A DNA stretch of 59,603 bases, filler included, from Porpidia crustulata (taxonomy: Eukaryota), in NCBI GenBank assembly GCA_964255105.1. It is 6 parts of 6 records of this genome, joined end to end, with 100 filler letters (N's around TTAATTAATTAA, not from the genome) between each part and the next. Parts side by side here need not be neighbours in the genome. Positions count along the whole stretch, not along the records: positions 9,970 to 19,827 come from CAXUWE010000874.1; positions 19,928 to 29,782 come from CAXUWE010000875.1; 4 more parts are not named here. One strand, 5' to 3'. Below the pieces are notes generated by a model, which was not told where the DNA came from, ran no database searches, and was given only the letters and a program-made list of their open reading frames with translations. The position numbers and the translations under genes were made by a program. Positions 12,909-29,882 of the stretch are shown piece by piece; within the stretch, counting starts at the first letter, position 1, and every line of letters starts with the position of its first letter.

Positions 12909-14203
12909 ATCGGATCCACGCGGTTCCGAAACCACGCTGAATCTGTTACTTTCGCAGCAGAAACAAAAATACTAGGAAAATTGTATGACAACTAGTCGTG
13001 GCTACGATGACAGACGAGAACAAAGCGCGACGCTGATCGAGATAGACAGAAGGCATGAAAATGGAAGAATTGTTGAAGGTATGAAGTCGCCCCCACTGAG
13101 CTGAGGCTTAGAGATTTAGAAATTAGTAATTAGAGATATCTTTTGCACTGAGTAAGATGAGTGCAGGCCAGATAGCGCCGCTAGTGAGGCTTGATAGGAT
13201 CAGATTACTCCAGTGGCGTTGCCGTCTCTGGAGGGTTCGCAGGCCTAATTCCAACGGGCGTAATGTCACAAAGTGATTCCGAATCATAGAGACTATCAAT
13301 CTTCAATCCTCAATCCTCTATCCTGTCGACGTTGTGACTCATAAAGAGTGACCCTATTCCTCATGAGTCCAGGGATCTTCGAAACTTGTTTAGGATGGCG
13401 GATGACATCTGCAGGGACTTTGGGGCCAAAGCAAGCTACCAGTAGAACCCTGTCAGTTACAACAGCTAGCAAGAGCTAATCGAACGCGTGGCTAACGCGA
13501 TACATTTCGAAAGCAATGTCCCCGCCCACCTCGTTGACATCTCATAGAATTGAACGATGGCTTGTACGAGGTATCCTTAAAAGGTCATCGCAGCACAAGA
13601 GCTGTGCTCTACTTCAGGCCATCAAGCTCGGGAGGCTTCGATACTTGAAGATTGTCCCGACGACTTGACCTATTGGTCCTCCATAACTAATCTCTACTCA
13701 TTGATTCTCGAGACAATCTGTCGTTCGGTTCATGACTTTGTCACAAGTCGTGGAGGAACTCCAGGAGATCGCTGGTGATCAATTGTGAATATTTGGAGTA
13801 TTCATTGATATCTGTAGAAGGATAGTTGAATAACCAAAGACCCAATTTCCATTGTTGAGGAGTCTGACTACAGGAGCCTTATCCCGGCGAATAGCATTGA
13901 AAGCACAACGGTTGCATATAAAGTGCATGCCTGGAGAATGGGAAAGGCGGATAGGATAGCATGCTCTTAGGGATAATGCAGCATCGGCGCTGCGCTTGTC
14001 GCCTGGAAATTTGTTTCAATCCGCTGTTTGCGCGAAATATCCCGCCATACATAATTCGATGATTACTGCATATAAGGCTGCAGTGGCATTTGTCCTGTCC
14101 GAGGTCAATCTTGCCACCTGCACTTGTCTGCGATTTCACCTCACTGTTGCATTCCTAACTTTGCCATTCCCTTGAAATCGAGACCTGGGCGGTAACCAAA
14201 GAT

Positions 14204-15285
14204 ATGCTTCGCGAATTCTCGTTTCTAGGCATACTCTGCATCTTTCAAGCTACGGCTTTGCCAAACTTACCGGGTCTATTGCAGAGACTTCAACCACGGC
14301 AGAATGCCAGACCAGCGTGAGTAAGTCTGTTTCTCTTCGAAGGAATGTTCCTGATTGTGAGTCCAGTGATCACTCGATCTTTGACTTGGAGTCGTTCGAA
14401 TCCCGCAGCCTCTCTCAACGCAATGTCGTTTCCAAAAGAGCCCTTTCTCGGACCTTGAATATATGTCCCTCGCAAGAAGTCTCATCTCCCACTAGCAATC
14501 CTCAACCCCTCATATTCATATCCTCCACGTGTAACCCGTCACAGGGGCCTCAATCCGCTCAGATCCTTTGCCAGGAACCGAACGGCTCTAACCATTCTTT
14601 TGTGAAGACATGCATAAACGATGAAGTGTGTATCAACTCCCCTCAAACCACCATAGATCTCTCCGTCCCAGCGACAGCCGAATGCGTTTCTCGGGCGACA
14701 TTCTTAAAAGTTGCCGGGGACATGATGCAGTTATTCGTGGAAGGAGTGCCGAACCCAAGTCTCCAGACTGGTGGGACAGGAGCAGGTGGTGTAGCCATAA
14801 GCGGTGCTGGCCAAGATATTCCTTATGACCCGAATTGGGACAGCATATGGGATCCGAATAACAGCCTGGTGGGGGAATCAAGTGGGACCAGCCAACCGAC
14901 TCCAGGAAGTAGCGACGCAGCAGGAGGACTGCAGAGCATCACCATTGATATCCCGGTAAATCGGGAAGATTGGGCCTTTACGGACCAATTTGCCATCGTG
15001 GCCACTCTGACAGGAAGTAACGGCACCAAGAGTGTGTTTGCGCATGAGTTTCAAATAAAGGCCCAGACGTCGACCAATATGGGTAGTGTAAAGCACTGGC
15101 GGGACCTAGTCAACGGAACGCAGAATTGTACCAACTGCCAGAGTCTGAGTATCAGTGTCTTACCCGCCGATACGAAGAGGATTAGAATCTCTATGTCCTT
15201 CGTTGGGGAAATCTTGGTGGCTTCGGCGATTTATCTTGTCAGTATGCATGCAATTCCTGCTATTTGTGACGCATGCAGGGGGTAG
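14204..15285 (+). CDS. Secreted Cys-containing hypothetical protein (~343 aa)
   Basis: Signal peptide MLREFSFLGILCIFQATA-LP. Intron 14317-14366 (GTGAGT...CTGAT...CAG) joins the long ORF in frame. Kex2-like SKR site; 10 Cys in the mature part. Confidence 0.7.
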
Positions 15286-16539
15286 CCTTTTGGTCGATCA
15301 AAGATGCCGCAATGAACAAGAACTCGCACGCAAGAGGTGAGAGGTGACTTACATTCCGAAGAACATATTTAAGGTACCCCGTTAGAGTCGTGAGCTGACG
15401 CGTTACTAGGAGAATTGGAGGCTAGATATGGATTGGGGAGAGTTTCGCGAGTAAAGCCTACGAAGTGCGTGGGATTAGATGGAATAGAATTTTCGATATT
15501 CACGAGCAATAGATACTTGAGGCAAGCGAGTCATTCTTTGCTGACTTGCCGAGTGTGAGCGGGATCCCGGTTTGTGGTTATACACATATATCCCATGACC
15601 AGCACTGATTATCAACGTGACATTATAAGTTATTTTGACGTCGTGAGTGGCGCACATCATGATGGCCGAAGCTGTACCTTGGGTCGGAATATCATAATTG
15701 CTCCTCCATGCATAAAGGAATCATAAATGTTATTTGACTGGGAAGCGTTCATCGGTCTATTGGAAATGTAATAATTGAAAAGGTACTGGTATATATTAAA
15801 AGAACCCTTTTGATACCATCAACAAAATCTGGTCTTAGGGCCTAATGATCAAAAGCCGCACCTCGTACACAATATATAATGAGCAAAATAGATTACGCAC
15901 CATTGGATGAGCGATAATATGCGAATTCGGACTGGCCTCCTCTGGACATTCTCCCTTGGCACCCCGGCTGCTCGAGGACATGTCTACCGTTTAATCTTGA
16001 AGCTGATCTGATGTGTAACATGTGTTCTTTTGCTTTTCAATTCTTGAGAGAAGATCCTGGAAACTCGTGGCTTCAGATGATTAGATTAATTTCCGTGCGG
16101 AGGATGTAAGAAAGCCGATATGGTGCTCACAAGGGCGATTCAAGATTAGCCTTTGAAGGTCAGGTGTTCCATCAAATAATTAGATCAAGAAATTTATTCT
16201 CGAAAATTGGAGTGATGTAAATAAATTGTTACCTGTATCACTAAAACAGCTTCCTTCTCATCATGTCGATTTAAATCAATTATCGACGAAGAATCCGATG
16301 CACTTGAGCACACCGCGAGTAGTCACCCAGATATGACAACGGCTACGGCTACTGTACCTCTATATAATCTGGACCTAGGAGAAACTTTGTCTTCATGAAA
16401 GAGGCTTGTAAGTAGTAAACGTTACAACTAGATTATACACCAATTTTAGCATCAAGCCTACACCTATCGCGATAGAACGAGAATGAGAGCTCCTGTGATG
16501 GCCCGTCGGGTCTTCTGGGAGCTACGAGCTCATACATAG

Positions 16540-17876
16540 TTACTTCTTCAAAGCTGCCTTAACTACTTCTAGGGAGAAAAAATCCCTGAGGTCTGCAACG
16601 AATTTTTCAGGACACTCGACGCCTGAGACTATATTCAATTTTGAATGTAACGTGGGTAAGGCGAGACTCACTTGCAAAATGACCTCCCGTGTCATGATCC
16701 CTCCAGAACTGAACATTCACCACGGCCGCCACCCAGTCCCTAGGCGATGTGAAATCTTTTGGAAAGCGGCTAATTCCCGTAGGAGTGTCATGGTAAACCG
16801 TAAATGCTTTCTTCAAACACGAAGGGTCCTTCTCGCTGCCTACAGCTTTATAGTATTGCAAGCCTGGCGTAGCTCCTGGTATCCAATGCATCATTACAGA
16901 CGAGAGAAGCTCGTCAGCTGGCATATCGTAGTGCTCTATGTCCATCCATTCGTGGTATTTCTCAAGCAGCCAGCCAAGCAAGCCGATTGGCGAATCTCCC
17001 AATCCGAACCCAAGACTCATGGGACGAGTGGACTGCTGTTTCAAATATCCATCTTGCTCTTTAAAAAAATATTGCAGCCTATCCAAAGCCTTCTTATCCG
17101 CAGCTGAGAAAAGGTATCTGTTCAGGATCAATCGTCCCATGGTTAAAGGGTCTTTGTACCAAGCTGGTGGTGCGCACGGAACAAACGTAAGATGCTGTGC
17201 ACGGACATGTTGCGGGTATTGCATTGCCATTGATCTCGTAATGAACGCGCCCCAGTCGCCTCCTTGTGTCAAGTAACGCTTGTATCCCAACACGTCCACC
17301 ATGAGCAGGTGGAAGGCGCGAGCAGTCGTGACGGGTCCAAATCCAGATCTTGCAGGTGCTTCTCCAGGCCCATATCCGGGAATACTTGGTATGACAAGAT
17401 GGAATGCGGGTGAGGAAGACGAGGAAGGCTCCGTCAAAGGCTTGATAATCTTTCGCGACTCGAGAAAGGACCCGGGCCAGCCATGAGCAATTAGAAGCGG
17501 CTGCGCATCTGACCGCGAAGAGAGCTGATGTGCGAAGTGCAAGACCTGGGGCCCATAACCCGGAATGTCGATCTTGACTGTGAATTGGGTAAATTCAGCA
17601 TTGATACGTGCCTATCGATCCTAAATCGATTAATGAGAGTATCAGCGATACAGGTGCAATGGTGCATACCTCCTCCGATCTCCAATCATATCCATCGGCC
17701 CAGTATTTTGCAACATCACGAACGGCCTTGACCTTTGCTCCGTGACTCCAATCGTCTTCTGCGAGGTCGTCGAGTTCTTTGGGATAACGAGCTAATTGAA
17801 GCTTCTTCTTTGTCGTCTCGAGTAGGACATCGTCCACGTGGAGAGTGTATGGAACAGGCTTATTTAGCTCATACAT
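16540..17876 (-). CDS. Epoxide hydrolase (EHN + alpha/beta hydrolase, microsomal-type)
   Basis: YW..GYDWR N-domain, HGWPGSFLE, PSIPGYG, nucleophile QGGDWG and catalytic His in GGHFAS. Two GT-AG introns, the first at 17612-17669. Start codon uncertain. Confidence 0.93.
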
Positions 17877-18335
17877 GTTGCCAAAGTGTACTAATTCTCT
17901 AGTCAATAGTAGAAGGCCGGTTTAGATATAAACTTACCATCGGTGCCATCGTGCCATCTTACCAATCGATTGCTACCCGGCCTATTCCACTAGTGTAGGC
18001 AAATAGGAAGCATTGGTAATGAAATCTCCAACATTGTTGCTTCCCCCACAGTTCGGATTGAGAGACAAACACCGAACCCGAAGTTCGTTGCTACAGTGCT
18101 ATTGTGTACAGGATGATCTCATCTTGCACATAAGCCTCCGCCTCTGACTTGCGAGAAGGAGTGAGGGTCAAGACCCTGTTCTGACATCATGGCCACATTC
18201 CAAGCAGGTGACATCATTTCAAAGCACGTATTTACATCGCCGTGATAATCCAAGTCTATGAAGAACCTCAATCTCAGGCTCAATCCACGCTGATTAGAGT
18301 CTCACGTTGACACTGTCAAACCACATATCTCAATA

Positions 18336-19010
18336 ATGCCTCAACCACTTAAGCAATCTGATGTCGATTCCAAGGTGGACCCATCGGTAACAACACAATG
18401 GGATGACAAAACTCCTAAGAAAGAGCAGCTCCAAGACTTCTACAAGATAGTCGACGGCCTCAAGGTTGGTCTCCTCACCACCATCAGACCTGATATAGGT
18501 CCGGTTGCTCGATCCATGGCTATCGCGAAGCGAGAGGGTCCTGACTTCCTCTTCCTCGCAAACCAACACTCTCAGAAATTCGAGGACCTTAAACATAGCA
18601 AGCAGGCTTTGGTCACCTTTCAGAACACCAGCTCACAAGACTGGGTGAGTGTGAGTGGGAACGTCACTGTGGCCAATAATGAAGACCCCCGGATCAAGGA
18701 TATTTACAATAAAGGAACTGCGGCTTGGTTTGGGAACTTGGGTGATGGGGTGCATACTGGAGGGCCCGAAGATCCGAGAATGGCATTGATCGAAGTCAAG
18801 GCAAACTACATCTCATACTGGAAGAGCACCGTAACTAGCGCGGGATTCTTGAAGGAAGTAGCTCAGGTTGGTCAAACTCTAATTGGAACGAGAGATACTC
18901 TTTGCTGACTGGGTAATCAGGCAACCATTCAGGGCAAGGTCGCAGATACTGGGGTGCAGAGACGCCTGATTGAGGAGGATATCAAGGCTGCTAGGGACGA
19001 CACGCAGTAA
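18336..19010 (+). CDS. bli-3: Blue-light-inducible Bli-3 / general stress protein 26-like (FMN split-barrel, PNPOx-like), ~206 aa
   Basis: VARSMAIAKREGPDFLFLAN, DWVSVSG and AWFGNLGDGVHTGGPEDPRMALIEV; intron 18867-18920. Confidence 0.9.
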
Positions 19011-19631
19011 AGGGGAGGAAGTTTGGAATATGGCCACGCATAAGATAGCTTGTTCGAAACAATGGATATATCAGGATTCGGAAGACGAAATCGACATTGA
19101 AACAATGCTGAGTTTCCGTTCTAAGTTGCAATTCGAGACAATAGCTGAAGTTAATTCTTGATCTCTTCTTTCGAAATATCTTCTGTGCGTATCGACTTAC
19201 ATACCTACATCGGTAAGTTTCAGGCGAATTGAATGTGCAGCGATAGTCAACAAGGTAATGAGCAGTGACTGATACTCAGAAAGTCATGAAACATTATCGA
19301 ATTATGACTTAGCAAATTCACTGTCGCAACCAGAATAAGCGTCGATTTTATGAGGTCTTGATTGAAAGACACACTCGAGATCATATCAATGCACGTTGGT
19401 ACTGAAGGACATGTGATTATTGACGAGCGTCTTTAGTATGCCGTCCACGTAGTCGACGCAACCCAACCTAACTTTGTCCATGGGGGAGAGTAATTATAAG
19501 ATAGCCTGGTGCAATTGCTCCTCGTCGTCATGCCGCTGGAGGCCACTTGAGGCTCTCGCTCTGCTTTTCGGCAGAGTTGAGGTAAATCAGCGAAGACAAT
19601 GTGGCAACATCGCTGCTATCAATCACTCATC

Positions 19632-19679
19632 AAGAGTGCATTTTAGAAAGAGTGCATTTCGGAAAAAGTGCATTTTGGA
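19632..19679. repeat. 16-bp tandem repeat x3
   Basis: AAGAGTGCATTTTAGA / AAGAGTGCATTTCGGA / AAAAGTGCATTTTGGA. Confidence 0.85.
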
Positions 19680-19827
19680 CAGCTCGCAGAGAGACTGAAC
19701 GGTGCATAGATTGGATCTCGTACTTGAAAGATCAAGTACCCACCACCCCCAACTCCTGCATTACGACTTCTCCCTGTCGAGCACACTCCCGTGTACCACC
19801 ATCAACACTCTTATCCCCGCCAATATC

Positions 19828-19927
19828 NNNNNNNNNNNNNNNNNNNNNNNNNNNNNNNNNNNNNNNNNNNNTTAATTAATTAANNNNNNNNNNNNNNNNN
19901 NNNNNNNNNNNNNNNNNNNNNNNNNNN
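19828..19927. other. Artificial contig linker
   Basis: N44-TTAATTAATTAA-N44. Confidence 0.99.
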
Positions 19928-19968
19928 TACCTGCGCAGATGTCCAACGCTTTCGACGACCCCTCGCCT

Positions 19969-24238
<4,270 letters not shown>

Positions 24239-25005
24239 GTGGGACTGCTTCGTTTGGATTACGCGGCAAGTTGTGTCGTGACGAAAAATAGGCTGGCAAT
24301 TAAGGAACAGATAACGCTCTTCCGGTTCTTCTATGCTATTTGTGCCACAGTATTTAAGGAACAGAGTGTATTCCCGAATTCTTTGCAACGGCTTTGTGAT
24401 GACATATATTATTGGGGAGCATGGAAACTCCAAACCATAGCTGTCACGTCGACGAGTATTAATATTTAGCTCCCGTTACTCTCATGGATGGCCCTCGTTG
24501 ACTTAACGTGGGGTGGTGACAAGAGAGGGAAGGATTTGCTCGTCGTCGTACAGCACTATTCCGTGCGAAGTTGAACTCCCAGTTTATGAATTCCAAAGAT
24601 GGCAGTCTCTGACAAAATATCAGGTACTTCAAGGCGCATGACAGCCTCTGCAGAATTATAGTAGGTATCCTACTGAGCAAGTAGGTACACTTTGCTCACC
24701 CAAAATCTTCCTTTCCGACCGACATGGCCGGTCGGCTCAACCTTCCGTGCATAGAGGGGCACCTCGGCTCAGGAATGGCTGCACAATAATAAATATATTT
24801 CACCAGATATATTTCCACCACAAGTGATCTTCGTTCTTAAGGTGGTCGCGACTTACTGGTGCCTCACCTACCACGCCTAGGGGTTTTAGACCAGGCACAG
24901 CGGATGTGACCACATGCGCTTGATATCTTGCAAACGCTAATGCCTTGTTCTACCAATACCGACAGAAGATAGACTGACAGGATCCCAACCGCATGGCCGG
25001 TTGCA

Positions 25006-26504
25006 ATGCTTCGTTCTGGATGTCTGTGTCTACGAAGAGCTCAATGGGCGCGCACCGCAACTATGTGGGTGAGAGATTACGTTGCAGCTGCCACCCCACC
25101 ATGGCGGCCGGCGGCAGTGCTAGATGAGTGAAGGCCCTTCTATCCTTCAAAGTCATCTCGATCTGACCTTGACCGTGAAGATGGGTGCAAAAAGAAGCCA
25201 AGGCTATCTCTCTACGTCAAATGACATTTTTTGGGCGTACCTTGACCGAGAAACGGCTGATCAGCTCTGCGAATTACGTCCGGACAGAACTTCCAACAAG
25301 GTCTTCCTACCTGGTCTACTCGCGTCTTGGAATGATCTGACCAATATAGGATCGCCCATCGCCTTCGTGATATGCAAACGTTGCCCTACGTCGTGGTCAC
25401 GAATCCTCACATTTCCCATGTCTACGAGCTCTACTATAAGGCCTTTGAGACGCTACGAAGAGTTCGGGATATCAAGACTGTGGAAGACAATGATCAGTAT
25501 TGCAAAATCATTTGCCAGACTCTCCAGGAGCATTTGACTGTGATCCCCCGGCTTGCGATGGGTGTACTCGAATGTCAAAATTTGATGCGACCTGAGGAGA
25601 TGGATAAATTCATGAATACGCTTCTGAGATCCGTACGACAGGTCTGTATCTGCATGAATCATCAGCGCTGATAGTCTTCCAGCGTATCTCGCGCCGCGTC
25701 ATTGCTGAGCAGCACCTCGCATTGACCGAAACCTTTAGCTCGCCATGGCATTTTCCAGATGCAAAACCTCACCCTCAGCATGATGCTAACGCAGACTTTG
25801 TCGGTGAGGTTTTCTTACGGTGCAATGCTCGTGAAGCGGTCGAAGGGTGCTGGGAGAGAGCGAAAAGCCTTGCTGTAACGGCATTTGGTTCACATTGTCA
25901 GCTCCCAGATATCAAGATTGACGGCCATCTAGACGCTACATTTCCGTACATCCTCAGCCACCTGCAATACATAATTGGCGAGCTACTTCGGAATTCTATT
26001 CAGGCCGTTATTGAGAGACAACCCAACGCGTCTGGAAAACCAGCACCAATTGAAGTCCTAATATGCGAAGCACCGCAGCACGTAATCATAAGGATCTCTG
26101 ACCATGCCGGCGGAATACCCAAAGATATCGTTCCTGATCTGTGGTCCTTTAGTAAGGGGCTTAGAACTCAAACGTACCTTAGAAACTTACAGCAAGTGCC
26201 TCGAATGGCGGCCACGATGCAGGAGCTCAAGGGCCCACTTACTATCTCCGCTGATGATGTTGATGCAACTCATAGCAAGAGTCGAAGACCGTCCGATAAT
26301 TCACTTAGCTCCCTCACCTCTCGACCACCGAATCTGAGGCTCGGTATGGGTTTACCAATGAGTAGAGTGTATGCTGAATATTGGGCTGGGAGCTTGGAGC
26401 TGCATAGTCTCGAAGGCTACGGAGTGGATGCTTTCTTGCAAATATCAAAACTTGGAAACAAAAACGAGCAGCTGACCACTAGGGCAATCATGGACGCAGT
26501 TTAA
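25006..26504 (+). CDS. Mitochondrial pyruvate/branched-chain alpha-ketoacid dehydrogenase kinase (Pkp2-like)
   Basis: Arg-rich presequence, PPWRPAAVLDEWV, SANYVRTELPTRIAHRLRDMQ, and GHKL motifs ELLRNS, IRISDHAGGIP, LGMGLPMSRVYAEYWAG, SLEGYGVDA. Introns 25128-25180, 25301-25349, 25633-25682. Confidence 0.95.
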
Positions 26505-26834
26505 ATCTCGGGTTAGCTCGGATCATTCAGCATGCATAACGCTTCTCAAGCTTTTGTCAAGGGACAGTGCCCTTTAACCAGCGACTATAACCTTACTCGA
26601 TCGCACCTTCTCAAGCTCCTAGCTCCTAGCTCAGCAGAACACTGTGATCATGTTCAAATATAGTACTTCCGAAATGGCTTTTGTCCTCCACCAGGCTACT
26701 ACAAATTTTATTATCCGTGCACGCTCTTGGATTTCGTTCCCAGTGATAGCTGTTATTGTACCTTTTAGGCATACAGATTATTAACATCTTTCTACTTCGG
26801 CCTACAGATTACTTGATCATGTTCACGTCAAAGC

Positions 26835-29427
26835 ATGCACAAGCCGCTCAGTCAGTTCTTCGCCTGCAATCGCGTTGGAAGCTGTCCTACTAACTTTCAG
26901 TCCAGCACCCAGCGAAGAATATTTAGCGATATCTCCAATGGAGTATCAGCAAATTACGCGTCGCCGTATGCCAGCCGGGATAATATGACTTCCACAGACT
27001 TGAACCCTCGCTGTGCCCGTAATAGAAAAAGGGGGGCCTTCGGCTCTGAGGTGTTCGTTGCTTCTCGACAAACGTCGAAAACCCACGGTGATCTCTCGTG
27101 CATCAGACCTAAGTCGCCACCTTTCTATACTTCGTCGGCTACATTAGGCGGACTTCAATTCGATGGTCAACCTACTGAAAGGCCCTGCCCCTCATATCGT
27201 GAAACTGGAGATTACTCATATGCCTCTAATTCGGAAAGTCATACTTGGTCCGTGCATGAAGGATGCATTCAACAAGATAGTCCAGAGCTCGCTGGGCCGT
27301 TGACAGTACTGCCACATAGTCCGTCTTCAACATCAGAGCATGAGCATGAGCCTACGGAGCGGCTCCCATTCCGGGTATGTTCAACCAATCTACATCCGCA
27401 ATATCTCAGTAAGATTAATGGCTTCACAGTATGCAAAGACGCCTAGGTATGCTCTTGGCTCCCCTCTAATTCCCTCACGATTGAGAAAACGCCATGATTA
27501 TTGTTGCGGGACGTTAGCGGACACTCCGGGGATTGATATTGGTGGAATAAGCCTTGGCTATTCCTCCGCAATCGATCTTTACATGCCCATCATTCGTTTC
27601 TACCCAGCAGAGAACGACCAAACTGCCGGTACTACTGCCACACTCAGGTATCTACAGACACGTCCACTAGTAGAACACATTGATGTCTGTACCATCTGGA
27701 AAGGACTGTCATTCTGTGAAGCAGAGCTGTTGTTCGAATTGCATAAGACTTTCAAGCTAAGCTTGGAGGATTTGCTTGCGGACCAGATATATAAGAAGGA
27801 CCAGGTATTTAGGCAGCAACACTCGAAAGACGTCGCCAGGGGTGCTGGAAACTCAACTACCATCAAAATGCGTTCTCGATTCATTTTTAGTCGAACCAGG
27901 CTGATCAACCTAATGCTTACTCGATTACACACATCGCAAGAGTACACCATACGTCCTCGGAGGTGTGATTTTGAGATGCTATTAGAGTTTTTTCTTACGT
28001 CCTGTGACTACTTAGTGGACGTTGAATGTACTGGAATGCGGAGCACCGCCATAGATCTGTTATTCCAGTACCCTTCGTCGCTAATACCAAAAATTCCCCA
28101 TAAGCTTGATTTAGAGGCAGGTTGGAGTCCTGACTTCTTGACGTTTCAGGATCTTGCGGTCCTCCCTCGTGAAGGACAGGAGCTCAGAATCATTCCCAGA
28201 TACAATAGTAGTGCGGTTTTCAGAATCAATGGAAACCAGACAGATCTCCGCTACAGTCTTGAGACACCGCTTCCATGGCTAACCTGGGATAATGAACTTC
28301 AAGGCTTCACAGGCTTCATCCCACCGTACTCCGAAGTCTGGAATATGGATGGAAGATATGGAAAAGTCTATCGGCCAGGACGAATTGGGCCTCATGCCGT
28401 AGTAAATCAGCTACGCGTTGAAATCAAGGCTCTATTCACCGAATTCTGCTCACCTTCACTATGTCTCCAGCGGACTATCCGAGTTCGTCTTACATTCATG
28501 GTGATACCTTGGTGGGCTGCCGCCAGTGCAAATGCTCCAGATGACCAGTCTATTAGACTAATCATGCCCGAGACTGCCCAACGATACGTGGACGATCTTT
28601 TTAGTCGCGCAGTCTCAGGGGATATTGAATTAAGGAGAATTCAAGCAGCACCACTTCAGGCACGACATGTCACTGGGCTGAGGTCGGCACTAGATAAGAA
28701 TGATACTTTCAGTACCGGGCGAAGCAGTCGAAATCCGTCGTCTCTGTCTTTTACGTTCGAAACGAAAAGCAGGAAGTCCACTTTTAATTTACAATCAGAT
28801 GAAGAGACAATAACGAGTGAAGAAGATGTAGTTTCAAGTGAGGTATCTAGGCAGTCCACCTCCGAAACATTCACCGAGGGAGCGATTAATACCACCACTG
28901 CCCGTACATGGGAAGCCTCCTACAAGTCCCTACACGGGATCATCGATCATTGCGATCGATCGATTACTTCGACACCTAGCAATCTGACGCTAGTCAGCGA
29001 AGGCCTAGGACTTGACGAGGGCAAACAGGTCTTGCCTGGAAATACAACAGAACCTCCCCCTCTTACTTTCCATAACCGCTACTATCCGTTGCACGAACTG
29101 AAGGAAAACGCCTATGGCAACAGCGATGGTAGCGATGATGATGATAGCACCCCAAGCGAGCTGACGATTTCCAGTAGCGAAAGGATGCCTCAACACTTTG
29201 TGGCCAAAAGAATTGTGCGGAGTAGGAGGCAATCTGGCTCGAAAATGGTGTTTGGAGTGGGTGCTTTGTCAATGAACTTATGCCTCGATACGGTTGACAT
29301 CTCATCCCCAGTCCATTATTATCCATTTACTCTACCGGAAGACGACTTGTCTCTATTTTCGGATGAAGAAGTCTTGTTGGGATCTGTGGACCATGCAATA
29401 GAAGCCATGATCAATTTTGGGTTTTAA
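26835..29427 (+). CDS. Hypothetical protein with a dystroglycan/He_PIG-like segment; 5' structure uncertain
   Basis: 695-aa ORF (27340-29427) overlapped by a 203-aa ORF (26835-27446), probably joined by an intron near 27409-27517. Contains YSLETPLPWLTWDNELQGFTGFIP and a Ser/Asp-rich tail. Confidence 0.6.
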
Positions 29428-29693
29428 AACAAGTCGTAATCTTATAGTTTAAAGGGGGAATCAATCCTTCATGATTCGTCTCAGACTTGACCTTATCAAT
29501 GAGCAATTGAGACATGCAGGACAATCATTGCTCTGTGAACTCTTTGATAGAAATCTAAGTCTCATTCCCTTAAGTAAATACATGTGATATTCCACCTGCC
29601 AACGTCATCCCGCACTTAGGACAGAGTACCGTACCTTCCACTGCCGACTAGCGCCTACTGCCATGATTAGTCAACTACCTAGGTACTCGTACT

Positions 29694-29750
29694 CACCCCT
29701 AGTTCGATTACACCCCTAGTTCGAAAGCCCTAAGCCTTAGGGTTAGGGTT
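29694..29750. repeat. Direct repeats plus telomere-like motifs at contig end (possible repeat-element terminus)
   Basis: CACCCCTAGTTCGA at 29694 and 29711, then CCCTAA-GCC-TTAGGGTTAGGG. Confidence 0.5.
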
Positions 29751-29782
29751 CCGGAGATTTCAATAGGCGCTAATGGGAGATT

Positions 29783-29882
29783 NNNNNNNNNNNNNNNNNN
29801 NNNNNNNNNNNNNNNNNNNNNNNNNNTTAATTAATTAANNNNNNNNNNNNNNNNNNNNNNNNNNNNNNNNNNNNNNNNNNNN
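29783..29882. other. Artificial contig linker
   Basis: N44-TTAATTAATTAA-N44. Confidence 0.99.

Noticed and set aside
13335..13341. TGACTCA (Gcn4/CpcA-type site)
   Set aside because: A single 7-mer is expected by chance, and the flanking genes are not amino-acid biosynthetic.
8807..19010. Apparent stress-gene cluster (LEA-like, epoxide hydrolase, bli-3)
   Set aside because: The LEA-like gene is on a different contig, so its adjacency is a concatenation artefact.
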